From a virus (Duplodnaviria > Heunggongvirae > Uroviricota > Caudoviricetes), in the IMG/VR virus record IMGVR_UViG_2675903278_000002: 64,000 nt of DNA. One strand, written 5' to 3'. The notes beneath the pieces are model-generated. The model did not search any database and was not told the DNA's origin. It saw only the letters and a list, made by a program, of their open reading frames with translations. Of this stretch, positions 9,459 to 16,674 are shown one piece after another. Position numbers and translations under genes: made by a program. Positions within the stretch are counted from its first letter, which is position 1, and each line of letters starts with the position of its first letter.

Positions 9459-10052
9459 ATGATTGCAGCCGAAAAAATCAAACAGCGAAAGCGCGACAAC
9501 TCTCTTCGTGACCTCTGGAGAACACCTGACTGGCTGTTTTCTGCCATTCAACGTTATCTTGGAGTGACATTTGATGTTGACGTTGCCTGCAACAAGGACA
9601 ATGCAAAGCTGCCTAATTTCATAGGCGTTGAGCGTGATGCTTTGAAATCTGAATGGGGACAGCCAGGTACAATTGCCTTCCTCAATCCACCCTACTCCAA
9701 AATCTCCCCCTGGATTGATGCGGCTATACGTGAGCAGGCTCGCGGAGTTACAACAGTGATGCTAATTCCTCAATCCCTAGATACAAAGTGGTATGAGCGT
9801 GCAACAGAGTGTGCGAATGAGACGATTATTCTGTCTGGTGGCCGCGTAGCGTTTGTCGAGCCTGACGTCAATCTGGGTCAGGTAGAAGTAAACATCAACC
9901 CAGGTGGCAGTATGCTCGTTGTTTTTCGAGGATTCTGTCAGGACGCTGGGCACTCTATAAGCAAGATCCCTTTGGACGTCATGAAAAGTCTGGGAGGGTA
10001 TGATCCTGCGAATGTGATCAGGAAAAAAAGACCATCAAAGAAGGCTGCTTAG
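9459..10052 (+). CDS. Phage-type DNA N6-adenine methyltransferase (Dam-like)
   Basis: WRTPDWLF near the N-terminus and LNPPYS catalytic motif. The size and layout match the phage Dam family. Confidence 0.8.
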   Translation: MIAAEKIKQRKRDNSLRDLWRTPDWLFSAIQRYLGVTFDVDVACNKDNAKLPNFIGVERDALKSEWGQPGTIAFLNPPYSKISPWIDAAIREQARGVTTVMLIPQSLDTKWYERATECANETIILSGGRVAFVEPDVNLGQVEVNINPGGSMLVVFRGFCQDAGHSISKIPLDVMKSLGGYDPANVIRKKRPSKKAA

Positions 10053-10073
10053 TTTGTTCTGGCGTCTGTAATT

Positions 10074-10157
10074 AGCCTGCTTCTGTATATATAAATAACT
10101 ACATATTAATTATTAATATACGGAAGCAGGCTGTTTTGTATCAGAGACTCCAGACCT
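10074..10157. repeat. Long AT-rich hairpin element, copy A (second copy at 39559-39637)
   Basis: AGCCTGCTTCtGTATATATAAATAA...TTATTAATATACgGAAGCAGGCT followed by gttttgt. The downstream CCAGACCT is also conserved. Confidence 0.65.
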
Positions 10158-10237
10158 GAACATCACTACAGAATCCACTAGAACCCCTTCCCAGACGCTT
10201 TAAAATCGATTTTATGAATCACTTTAAGGAAACTAAC

Positions 10238-10468
10238 ATGTCATACCCGACTAATGTCGTTGCGCTCGTAGAGAGCGATTTTCTGGCCCAGGCCCGTGAA
10301 ATGATGAAAGATCGCGAGCAGGCTTTCAACTTGTACGAATGGGCAATTAAGTGCTTGCATCTTGGGGAGCATCGCGAACTTGTTGAACAGCTTTTAGGTG
10401 AGTTGATTAACGAGGTGTTTGCCTTGAATGTTCAACTACATGGTCGAGAAAATAATCAATCGAAATGA
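10238..10468 (+). CDS. Hypothetical protein
   Basis: ATG 10238 has AAGGA 7 nt upstream. The track start at 10214 remains possible. Confidence 0.45.
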   Translation: MSYPTNVVALVESDFLAQAREMMKDREQAFNLYEWAIKCLHLGEHRELVEQLLGELINEVFALNVQLHGRENNQSK

Positions 10469-10479
10469 TAGATAAGTAC

Positions 10480-10985
10480 AAACTATTCATAAAGTGAATT
10501 GTAAGTGCTAAGATCTGATAGTTTCCAGTCGTAGACTGGAGACTCGACCTGATGGGTGGGGGTAAGCGTCACTGGCGTCAGGTTTAAAAAAGCTCACTAC
10601 CAGCGTAGAACCGGTGCCGTTTAGGTGTCGGGGAAGGGGGAACCAAAGTGAGCGGAGACAAGGGTCACTTTATGATTGTCGAGTCTGGGGTGTTTCGAGA
10701 GGTTGAATCCAGTACTCCCCTTCATAAAGTGTGGGAAGATCTCGGTTCTGGGGTGCTGTCATCCATAACTTCCCAAGTCTAAGCTGGCAGTAGACTTAGG
10801 CCATAACTTTTCAGGTTATGAAACGACCAGGTTGGTGAGGGATTTTTATACTCACCTCCCTGGGAGAGTATTACCTGAAAAGACAACCTCTCACTTCGTT
10901 CGAGGTGAACTTCACTCACTTCGTTCGTTCAGTTCAGGTTTATAAAAACCTGTTCTGGGAAGTAATTTGTTTATTTTAATAATTA
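10480..10985. other. ORF-free, hairpin-dense region (candidate structured ncRNA or origin)
   Basis: No ORF of 60 aa or more in any frame. Long-range pairing AGACTCGAC (10540) with GTCGAGTCT (10678). At least 7 local hairpins. Direct repeats TTCATAAAGTG..AAGATCT x2 and TCACTTCGTTCG x2. Confidence 0.3.
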
Positions 10986-10988
10986 TTA

Positions 10989-11013
10989 ACACGCACGCGT
11001 GTGCGCACGCGCG
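10989..11013. other. 25-nt perfectly alternating purine-pyrimidine tract
   Basis: acacgcacgcgtgtgcgcacgcgcg, which has Z-DNA-forming sequence composition. Confidence 0.6.
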
Positions 11014-11052
11014 AGGAAAAAAATCGGCGCGGCGCTTGATTCAGGAGTTTAT

Positions 11053-11646
11053 ATGACGACGAAGACACCAGCCCGATCGCAAGAAAAAACTCGCAAAAAA
11101 GCCAAAAACAAAAATTCTCCCCGCACCAATTCCACAACGCCTGTCGTAGAGTTCAATCCCCAGCTTAAAACCGTGAAAATCTTCAGTGATGGCTCTTGCC
11201 TTAAAAATCCGGGTGGCCCGGGCGGTTACGGTATAGTTCTCCAGTATCGTGGTGAGGAACGCGAGTTCTCAGATGGTTTTCATAGCACCACCAATAACCG
11301 CATGGAGATGATGGGGGCACTTATCGGGCTGGAGCGTTTGAAATATCCATGCAACGTTATTTTGCACTCTGATAGCCAGTATCTGAAAAACGGCATGACA
11401 CAGTGGATGAAATGGTGGAAACGCAATGGATGGGTGACTTCTGACAAAAAACCGGTAAAGAATGTTGATCTGTGGAAGCGTCTGGATGAGGCTGCAAGTC
11501 GACATAATGTTCGCTGGAAGTGGGTTAAAGGTCACGCCGGGCATCGTGAAAATGAAATATGTGATCGACTCGCGAAGATCGCAGCTTTTTCCGCAGCAGA
11601 TATGCCTCACAAGAAAGATATTGGTTTTGTTTACAACAAGCAGTAA
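11053..11646 (+). CDS. rnhA: Ribonuclease HI with ~40-aa basic N-terminal extension
   Basis: Motifs [35 protein letters not shown] and [13 protein letters not shown] are collinear with E. coli RnhA. ATG 11053 has AGGAG upstream. Confidence 0.9.
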   Translation: MTTKTPARSQEKTRKKAKNKNSPRTNSTTPVVEFNPQLKTVKIFSDGSCLKNPGGPGGYGIVLQYRGEEREFSDGFHSTTNNRMEMMGALIGLERLKYPCNVILHSDSQYLKNGMTQWMKWWKRNGWVTSDKKPVKNVDLWKRLDEAASRHNVRWKWVKGHAGHRENEICDRLAKIAAFSAADMPHKKDIGFVYNKQ

Positions 11647-11663
11647 GTAAGTGTTTACCTATC
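11643..11663. promoter_or_regulatory. Box B palindrome-family copy
   Basis: GTAAGTAAGTGTTTACCTATC, which includes the rnhA stop TAA. Confidence 0.5.
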
Positions 11664-11791
11664 ATTTTAAATCATGTATCTTATCAGCGTCAGGATGACA
11701 ATGTGTCGGTAAGACACAGTTCCAGGATGGAACGAGAAAGGCGGCTGGCAATCGCCAGCCGCAACTCTTTCTGACACTGGATGGAGTCCAC

Positions 11792-12286
11792 ATGGCACGT
11801 CAAACCTATTTCACTTCTGCAACTAAACGTCCTCGTTCACTACGTCAAATTTTGGCCGAATTATTTAGCGGTCGTGTTCTGTCACGTCTTGATGAACTAG
11901 AGACTGCCGTTCGGTTGCTGAATGAACGTTTAGATAAGCAAGCGTCAGTTGTTGCGAACGTGGGGGCGATTGTTACCTCTGGTTCTTCACGCGAAGCGAA
12001 AAGTACACGGCCTTTAGTGAAGGAGAAAAACAACAAGGACAGTTCGAATGGAAAATTTTCAAAGAAAGAGGCTGAAACCAATGGCCTACGTTCTCATTAT
12101 AGTTTCACTGGCGACGATAGCCGTTCCAGCCGGCCAGAGCCTTTTGATGCCGGGTTCATCCATCACCACACCTCCGTCGACGACAATTACCACCACTCCA
12201 GTAGAGCGTCCTGTCACTCTGGATGGGATGACGGTGGATGCGATACCTCAAGTTCATCCAGTTACTCAGGATCATGCTGTGACTAA
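11792..12286 (+). CDS. Hypothetical protein (C-terminal half doubtful)
   Basis: 164-aa ORF. The last ~70 codons overlap the 12081 ORF in another frame and translate to low-complexity H/S/C/D sequence. Confidence 0.35.
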   Translation: MARQTYFTSATKRPRSLRQILAELFSGRVLSRLDELETAVRLLNERLDKQASVVANVGAIVTSGSSREAKSTRPLVKEKNNKDSSNGKFSKKEAETNGLRSHYSFTGDDSRSSRPEPFDAGFIHHHTSVDDNYHHSSRASCHSGWDDGGCDTSSSSSYSGSCCD

Positions 12287-12299
12287 GGCGGTTGTATGA
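12081..12299 (+). CDS. Small protein with N-terminal hydrophobic segment
   Basis: MAYVLIIVSLATIAVPAG... with AGAGG upstream. The stop overlaps the next start (ATGA), which supports this frame. Confidence 0.4.
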   Translation: MAYVLIIVSLATIAVPAGQSLLMPGSSITTPPSTTITTTPVERPVTLDGMTVDAIPQVHPVTQDHAVTKAVV

Positions 12300-12484
12300 A
12301 CTGGTTTTCAAATCACTTTGGAAAAATTTGGCTGGCAATTCTTGCCCTCATGGCCGCCGGTTGGGTATCGAACATTATAAAACTTGTTTGCTCTGGCGAT
12401 CTCCAGTTTCAGGCTGGTATGACCTTGGCTCGTGTTGTTGGGATTTTTGTTTTTCCAGTTGGTTCGGTACTTGGTTATTTCTGA
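12296..12484 (+). CDS. Small two-TM membrane protein
   Basis: 62 aa. Hydrophobic segments IWLAILALMAAGWV and VVGIFVFPVGSVLGYF. Confidence 0.5.
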   Translation: MNWFSNHFGKIWLAILALMAAGWVSNIIKLVCSGDLQFQAGMTLARVVGIFVFPVGSVLGYF

Positions 12485-12537
12485 CGGCTGTTAGTGCATA
12501 TGCATTGACCATCTCTGCGTAAGCAATTTATGTAATT

Positions 12538-12554
12538 AGAAAACAACTTGTTTT
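12538..12554. promoter_or_regulatory. Box A palindrome copy
   Basis: AGAAAACAACTTGTTTT, 23 nt upstream of the TerB-like ATG. Confidence 0.6.
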
Positions 12555-12577
12555 GACAAATAATAAAAGGAAAACAC

Positions 12578-13003
12578 ATGTTAGGTTTCTTCAAAAAGAA
12601 AACTCGTAAAGCTGTTATCGAAGTCAAAAAAATGGAGAACCGTGATGCGGTTGAGGCCACCGTGTGGGGCGCGTACATGATCTCCTATGCCGACGGCACA
12701 TGTGACGCAAAAGAAATTGCCATTCTTGAGAAGACAATTGCAGCTCTGCCTGCGTTTTCTCCGTTTGCTGGTGAAATTGCCCAAATGAGCGCCAATATCC
12801 GTGCTCGTTACGAAGCGTCCCCTCGTTCTGCTAATGCACAGGCTATTCGTGAGCTGTCTGATATTGCGGGTACTCCAGAGGCGGTCGATGTTCTGTGTCT
12901 GTGCCTTGATATTGCCGACCAAGACGGTATTGGCGAACAAGAAGAGCTGGCCCTGAAAAAGATCGCACAGGCGCTTCAGTTGTCACTGGATGCTTATCTC
13001 TAA
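12578..13003 (+). CDS. TerB-domain (tellurite-resistance TerB-like) protein
   Basis: DG..D..E...L pattern repeated (ADGTCDAKEIAILEK; DQDGIGEQEELALKKIAQAL), typical of TerB. Confidence 0.7.
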   Translation: MLGFFKKKTRKAVIEVKKMENRDAVEATVWGAYMISYADGTCDAKEIAILEKTIAALPAFSPFAGEIAQMSANIRARYEASPRSANAQAIRELSDIAGTPEAVDVLCLCLDIADQDGIGEQEELALKKIAQALQLSLDAYL

Positions 13004-13161
13004 TGCTTGAGAGATTCCGGCTTGTGACCGTCATTGCTCTTCTGGTGATGGCGGTGTTGGTGGATTTTACGGGAAAGATGATGTCTGTCATTTCTGATGG
13101 CGTCCTCATTGGTCTGGCGATCTACTTCGCTTATCCGCTAGTCCGTAAAGCAACGTGTTAA
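13003..13161 (+). CDS. 52-aa two-TM microprotein (not in ORF track)
   Basis: TAATG overlap with the TerB stop. I translated it by hand as MLERFRLVTVIALLVMAVLVDFTGKMMSVISDGVLIGLAIYFAYPLVRKATC. A terminator follows. Confidence 0.45.
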   Translation: MLERFRLVTVIALLVMAVLVDFTGKMMSVISDGVLIGLAIYFAYPLVRKATC

Positions 13162-13163
13162 TG

Positions 13164-13192
13164 ACAAGGGCCAAATGGCCCTTGTGTTTCGT
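13164..13192 (+). terminator. Rho-independent terminator
   Basis: ACAAGGGCC-aaat-GGCCCTTGT followed by gtttcgtt. Confidence 0.7.
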
Positions 13193-13267
13193 TGACCGAA
13201 ATAGAGAGTTTGCACCTTTACGTTTAGCTTGCTCCCCTTTTATGCCACATCACAATAAAGCCAATAA

Positions 13268-13282
13268 GAAAACAACTTGTTT
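13268..13282. promoter_or_regulatory. Box A palindrome copy
   Basis: GAAAACAACTTGTTT, 18 nt upstream of ATG 13301. Confidence 0.6.
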
Positions 13283-13300
13283 AAGCATTAGGAAAAACAC

Positions 13301-13870
13301 ATGTGCAAGAAATGCAAAGCGATAGCTGATGAACAAAACGCCTTATTCGAAGAAATGGATGCTAATGAACTGGTCAAAATGTTAGCCATTCTTCGAGGAA
13401 TAGAAGACGTTTCCATATTTGAGAGAGTGGTTACAGCACTTAATTTTGAGTCCACCTTTGAAGAGCCAACTCAGGTTGTAGCTTTAGCACATCATTTCGG
13501 TGTTCATTATCTTGCTGAAAAAGAGCGCGCTGATAAGTTGCAGGCGACTTTGGATATGGTGAGCGAGACTCAACGAACTGATGACACTAACAAGAGTGAG
13601 GCGATTATTGCCAGCAAAGATCGTGAAATTGCTGGGCTTAAATCCTCTCTAACGATGTTGATGTCTGCGTTCAATCTTATGTCTTCTCAGGCGGGTTATA
13701 AAATGCCATCACTAAACAGCGATGATCCGATGGCCGTTCGTCAGCTTTTGGGAGCAATGGCCGACCAACTCGACGACACAAAGAGTCGGCTTGAAGACAT
13801 GATGCGTGAGTTAAGCCATCGACATAACCTCGCAACACAGCCACACAAAGCCTTTCAAAGCTCTAATTGA
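13301..13870 (+). CDS. Hypothetical protein
   Basis: 189-aa ORF with the shared leader GGAAAAACACATG. Confidence 0.55.
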   Translation: MCKKCKAIADEQNALFEEMDANELVKMLAILRGIEDVSIFERVVTALNFESTFEEPTQVVALAHHFGVHYLAEKERADKLQATLDMVSETQRTDDTNKSEAIIASKDREIAGLKSSLTMLMSAFNLMSSQAGYKMPSLNSDDPMAVRQLLGAMADQLDDTKSRLEDMMRELSHRHNLATQPHKAFQSSN

Positions 13871-13925
13871 TCTGATATGGCCGCATGATCGGCCATATTG
13901 TGTTGATAAAAAACAAGGATGAAAA

Positions 13926-14207
13926 ATGGCATACGGTACAGGGATTTACAACAATAAAGGAATTAACGTTACTGGCTTCCTTACTCCTATTTTTTTTCTT
14001 GATCGATTTACTGCGTCATCAGGCTCTAAGACGTACTCCAATCCGCCACCGGGTAAATCGCTACATGCCGTGTGGTCATTGATGCCTCTTAACAACGACA
14101 ACTACATTAATTTACCTGTTCCAACAGTTACTATTAATGGAAATACGGTTAGTTGGTCAAATTTATATACGGGGCTTGGTTCTTACATATACACATACTG
14201 GGGATAA
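13926..14207 (+). CDS. Hypothetical protein (AT-rich cassette)
   Basis: 93-aa ORF with SD AAGGA upstream. Confidence 0.45.
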   Translation: MAYGTGIYNNKGINVTGFLTPIFFLDRFTASSGSKTYSNPPPGKSLHAVWSLMPLNNDNYINLPVPTVTINGNTVSWSNLYTGLGSYIYTYWG

Positions 14208-14209
14208 TT

Positions 14210-14824
14210 ATGTTCGGGATGTCAATTACTCAATCAGATGGAAGTTTGTGGATGAGTCCAGAATTTACTCCGCAAAATCTGATTAATAAAGGGACAATGT
14301 CTACATCTAAAGGTTCTGTTTTTCAAACATCAATCCCATCAAACAAATCATGCTTTTTCTTCATAAAAAGCAGTAATAAGGCGAACATGATGTTTATTCA
14401 TGAGCATAGTAACGGATACAATGCTCTCAGATTGCATCAGGTAAATGGTAGCCCCGGAACAATAACAGTTTATGCTTTTTCTGATATGGTGTTACCACAT
14501 TCTGGCTATGGCATTGCCATGTATAACAGCGCAGGCGCAATGGTGTATCACGGTGAGATGATGCCCCTTGATGCGAAACTTATCACTATTTCTGACCCTC
14601 AATTTACAATAGATATGGGGTATCCATGTGCGGTAATGCCTGCTATGGTTGGGGTATATAACTATAGACGAACCGATTACGACAGACCTGTCTATGTAAC
14701 AATGACAGGTGCAACTGGAAACCAAGTATATAACGGTCAATGGTATTCCGGTAATGTCACATGGGATATTAAGAAGATTTATACAAACAAAATTCTGGTG
14801 ATAAATACCTCCAAGTATGATTAG
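14210..14824 (+). CDS. Hypothetical protein (AT-rich cassette)
   Basis: ATG lies 2 nt after the upstream stop. 204 aa. Confidence 0.5.
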   Translation: MFGMSITQSDGSLWMSPEFTPQNLINKGTMSTSKGSVFQTSIPSNKSCFFFIKSSNKANMMFIHEHSNGYNALRLHQVNGSPGTITVYAFSDMVLPHSGYGIAMYNSAGAMVYHGEMMPLDAKLITISDPQFTIDMGYPCAVMPAMVGVYNYRRTDYDRPVYVTMTGATGNQVYNGQWYSGNVTWDIKKIYTNKILVINTSKYD

Positions 14825-14887
14825 CCAATGCCTTTATTTGAAGGATTGCCTGTTTATTTCTATTTAGTACCTTTTCATTTTTGAAAT

Positions 14888-14927
14888 AATTGCACCATTA
14901 AACAAATCACTTCTTAATGGTGCAATT
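14888..14927. promoter_or_regulatory. Perfect 14-bp inverted repeat abutting a start codon
   Basis: AATTGCACCATTAA-n12-TTAATGGTGCAATT, immediately followed by ATG 14928. Confidence 0.5.
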
Positions 14928-16613
14928 ATGAATACAGCCCTTTCCATCATCGACGATGCCAACTCAAACACTGCTATCGACTATCGGCAGGAAATGAACG
15001 TCATCCACGAAATTGTGGCCGAGTGCGAGAAAGAGATCGCCTTCATGTATCAGGTACACGACTTCGTTTATGGCGACGAACGCCACAACATGATTAATCG
15101 CCTGCTGAGACTAAACCATCGACCAGATGAAGATCGCTCGCGTTTAAATCGAGGTTGGTTGGATAAAGTCGATCTGGAATGGGTGAAACAGAATATTTGG
15201 GCCGAGTACTGGAGGAAGGTCACGGACATGACTAACGTTTTGCTGATCATGCCAGCTTCCCGTCGAGATGAGTGGCGCGAGCAGTTTATAGAGGGCAAAC
15301 AGGAAGTCATCAAAACTGACAGAACCGGCTACCAGATGAAGGTTAAAGAGTTCGTTGGTGTACCGGAGTTCAAAGCAGAAACGGTCATACCCACGATGCT
15401 TAATTTGCTGAATGACAGGCACAAATATCTCTCTGAGCGCGTGTATGGCTTGTTTAAGGCGCTGAGTCCTGCGCACAAGACAAATAAGACAAACGGTTTC
15501 AGCGAACGTCTGATAATCGCTGACTGCATTTCTGATTTCTGGCGGGACAGCGTTAGTGTGAACTATCGCAAAGAGGACTATATCGACGATCTGCGTGTCT
15601 TGCTTCATTTCTTCGCGCACAAAGAATTTATTACCATCAACCGCACTGCTGAGGTGCTATCAGCTGCGTATCGGGCAAACGACTGCCAGACCGGTGACTG
15701 GATGAACGTCGATGGAAATCTAATGCGCGTGAAGATGTTCAAGAACGGCAACGTTCACTTTGAAATACATCCTGACGTGGCCTGGAAGTTGAATGAGGTG
15801 CTGGCTTACAGTATGCCTGCTGCAATCCCCGCGCCATGTCGCACCGCGCCAAAAACACGGGCACCAAAGCAGTTCGGGTTAATCCAGAAGACGATCTCCG
15901 TGCCGGTTCGCACTGCGCTTCGTGACGGGCGATTAAGCAAAGACAAAGGCGTATGGTACTTCTCTGATTCAGCTCTCCAGAAGTCGCAGGTGGAAGAGCT
16001 TGAGCGCACACTGAGCTTCATTGGCGGCGTGCAGGAGAAAAAGCACTGGCAGTTCCCGTATGAGATCGGCCATACGCTAAATACGATTGTGGCTACCGGA
16101 TTAATACCGGATACAAAATCACACCAGTTCTACCCTACCCCACGCTTGATTGCTGAGTACGTTGCCAGAGCCACTGAATTGAAGTCTGGTGAGAAGCTGC
16201 TGGAGCCTCAAGCCGGACGTGGGGATCTTCTGGCCTATATCAACGCCGATCTGGAAGATGTTACCTGCATAGAAATCGCACCTCTCTTCGCTGATATCCT
16301 GCGCGGAAAAGGGTATACGAACACGATTTGCTGCGACTTCATAAAGTGGTCTGAGGACAACGTAGGTTATCAGTTCGACAAAATCGTTATGAACCCGCCG
16401 TACTCGCTTGGTCGTCATAGAGAGCACACGCTGGCTGCGCTGGGGCATCTGAAAGTCGGCGGGCGTCTTGTAGCAGTATTGCCGGGCACTGCGCCAATAC
16501 TGGACTGGATGACGATGGATAATTACGTTTATGCCAGAGGGAAGTCGTTTACCAACGAGTTTGAAGACACAGGGATCACAGTCAGCGTATACGTTTTCAA
16601 ACGCGTTAAATGA
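14928..16613 (+). CDS. Two-domain protein: N-terminal domain of unknown function plus C-terminal SAM-dependent amino-methyltransferase (N6-A/N4-C type)
   Basis: Motif I LEPQAGRGDL and motif IV MNPPY in the last ~170 aa. Confidence 0.75.
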   Translation: MNTALSIIDDANSNTAIDYRQEMNVIHEIVAECEKEIAFMYQVHDFVYGDERHNMINRLLRLNHRPDEDRSRLNRGWLDKVDLEWVKQNIWAEYWRKVTDMTNVLLIMPASRRDEWREQFIEGKQEVIKTDRTGYQMKVKEFVGVPEFKAETVIPTMLNLLNDRHKYLSERVYGLFKALSPAHKTNKTNGFSERLIIADCISDFWRDSVSVNYRKEDYIDDLRVLLHFFAHKEFITINRTAEVLSAAYRANDCQTGDWMNVDGNLMRVKMFKNGNVHFEIHPDVAWKLNEVLAYSMPAAIPAPCRTAPKTRAPKQFGLIQKTISVPVRTALRDGRLSKDKGVWYFSDSALQKSQVEELERTLSFIGGVQEKKHWQFPYEIGHTLNTIVATGLIPDTKSHQFYPTPRLIAEYVARATELKSGEKLLEPQAGRGDLLAYINADLEDVTCIEIAPLFADILRGKGYTNTICCDFIKWSEDNVGYQFDKIVMNPPYSLGRHREHTLAALGHLKVGGRLVAVLPGTAPILDWMTMDNYVYARGKSFTNEFEDTGITVSVYVFKRVK

Positions 16614-16633
16614 TAGGTAAATACTTACCTAAT
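16613..16633. promoter_or_regulatory. Box B palindrome copy
   Basis: ATAGGTAAatacTTACCTAAT, starting within the methylase stop (TGATAGG). Confidence 0.55.
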
Positions 16634-16674
16634 TTGTGTAAGAATGTAGTTACTAAACGATAAGAGAAAAACAC

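Noticed and set aside
10680-10720. tRNA-like T-loop sequence GGTTGAATCC
   Set aside because: The flanking bases do not form a T-stem, and no acceptor, D or anticodon arms could be drawn. No tRNA is called.
13885-14082. 65-aa ORF overlapping the 13926 gene
   Set aside because: It is an alternative frame that starts inside the upstream hairpin and has no SD. The 13926 frame has AAGGA upstream and is followed 2 nt later by the start of the next gene (14210).
15068-16448. Minus-strand ORFs 15068-15313, 15144-15620, 15739-16021 and 16119-16448
   Set aside because: They are antisense to the 561-aa methyltransferase gene, which is supported by catalytic motifs.
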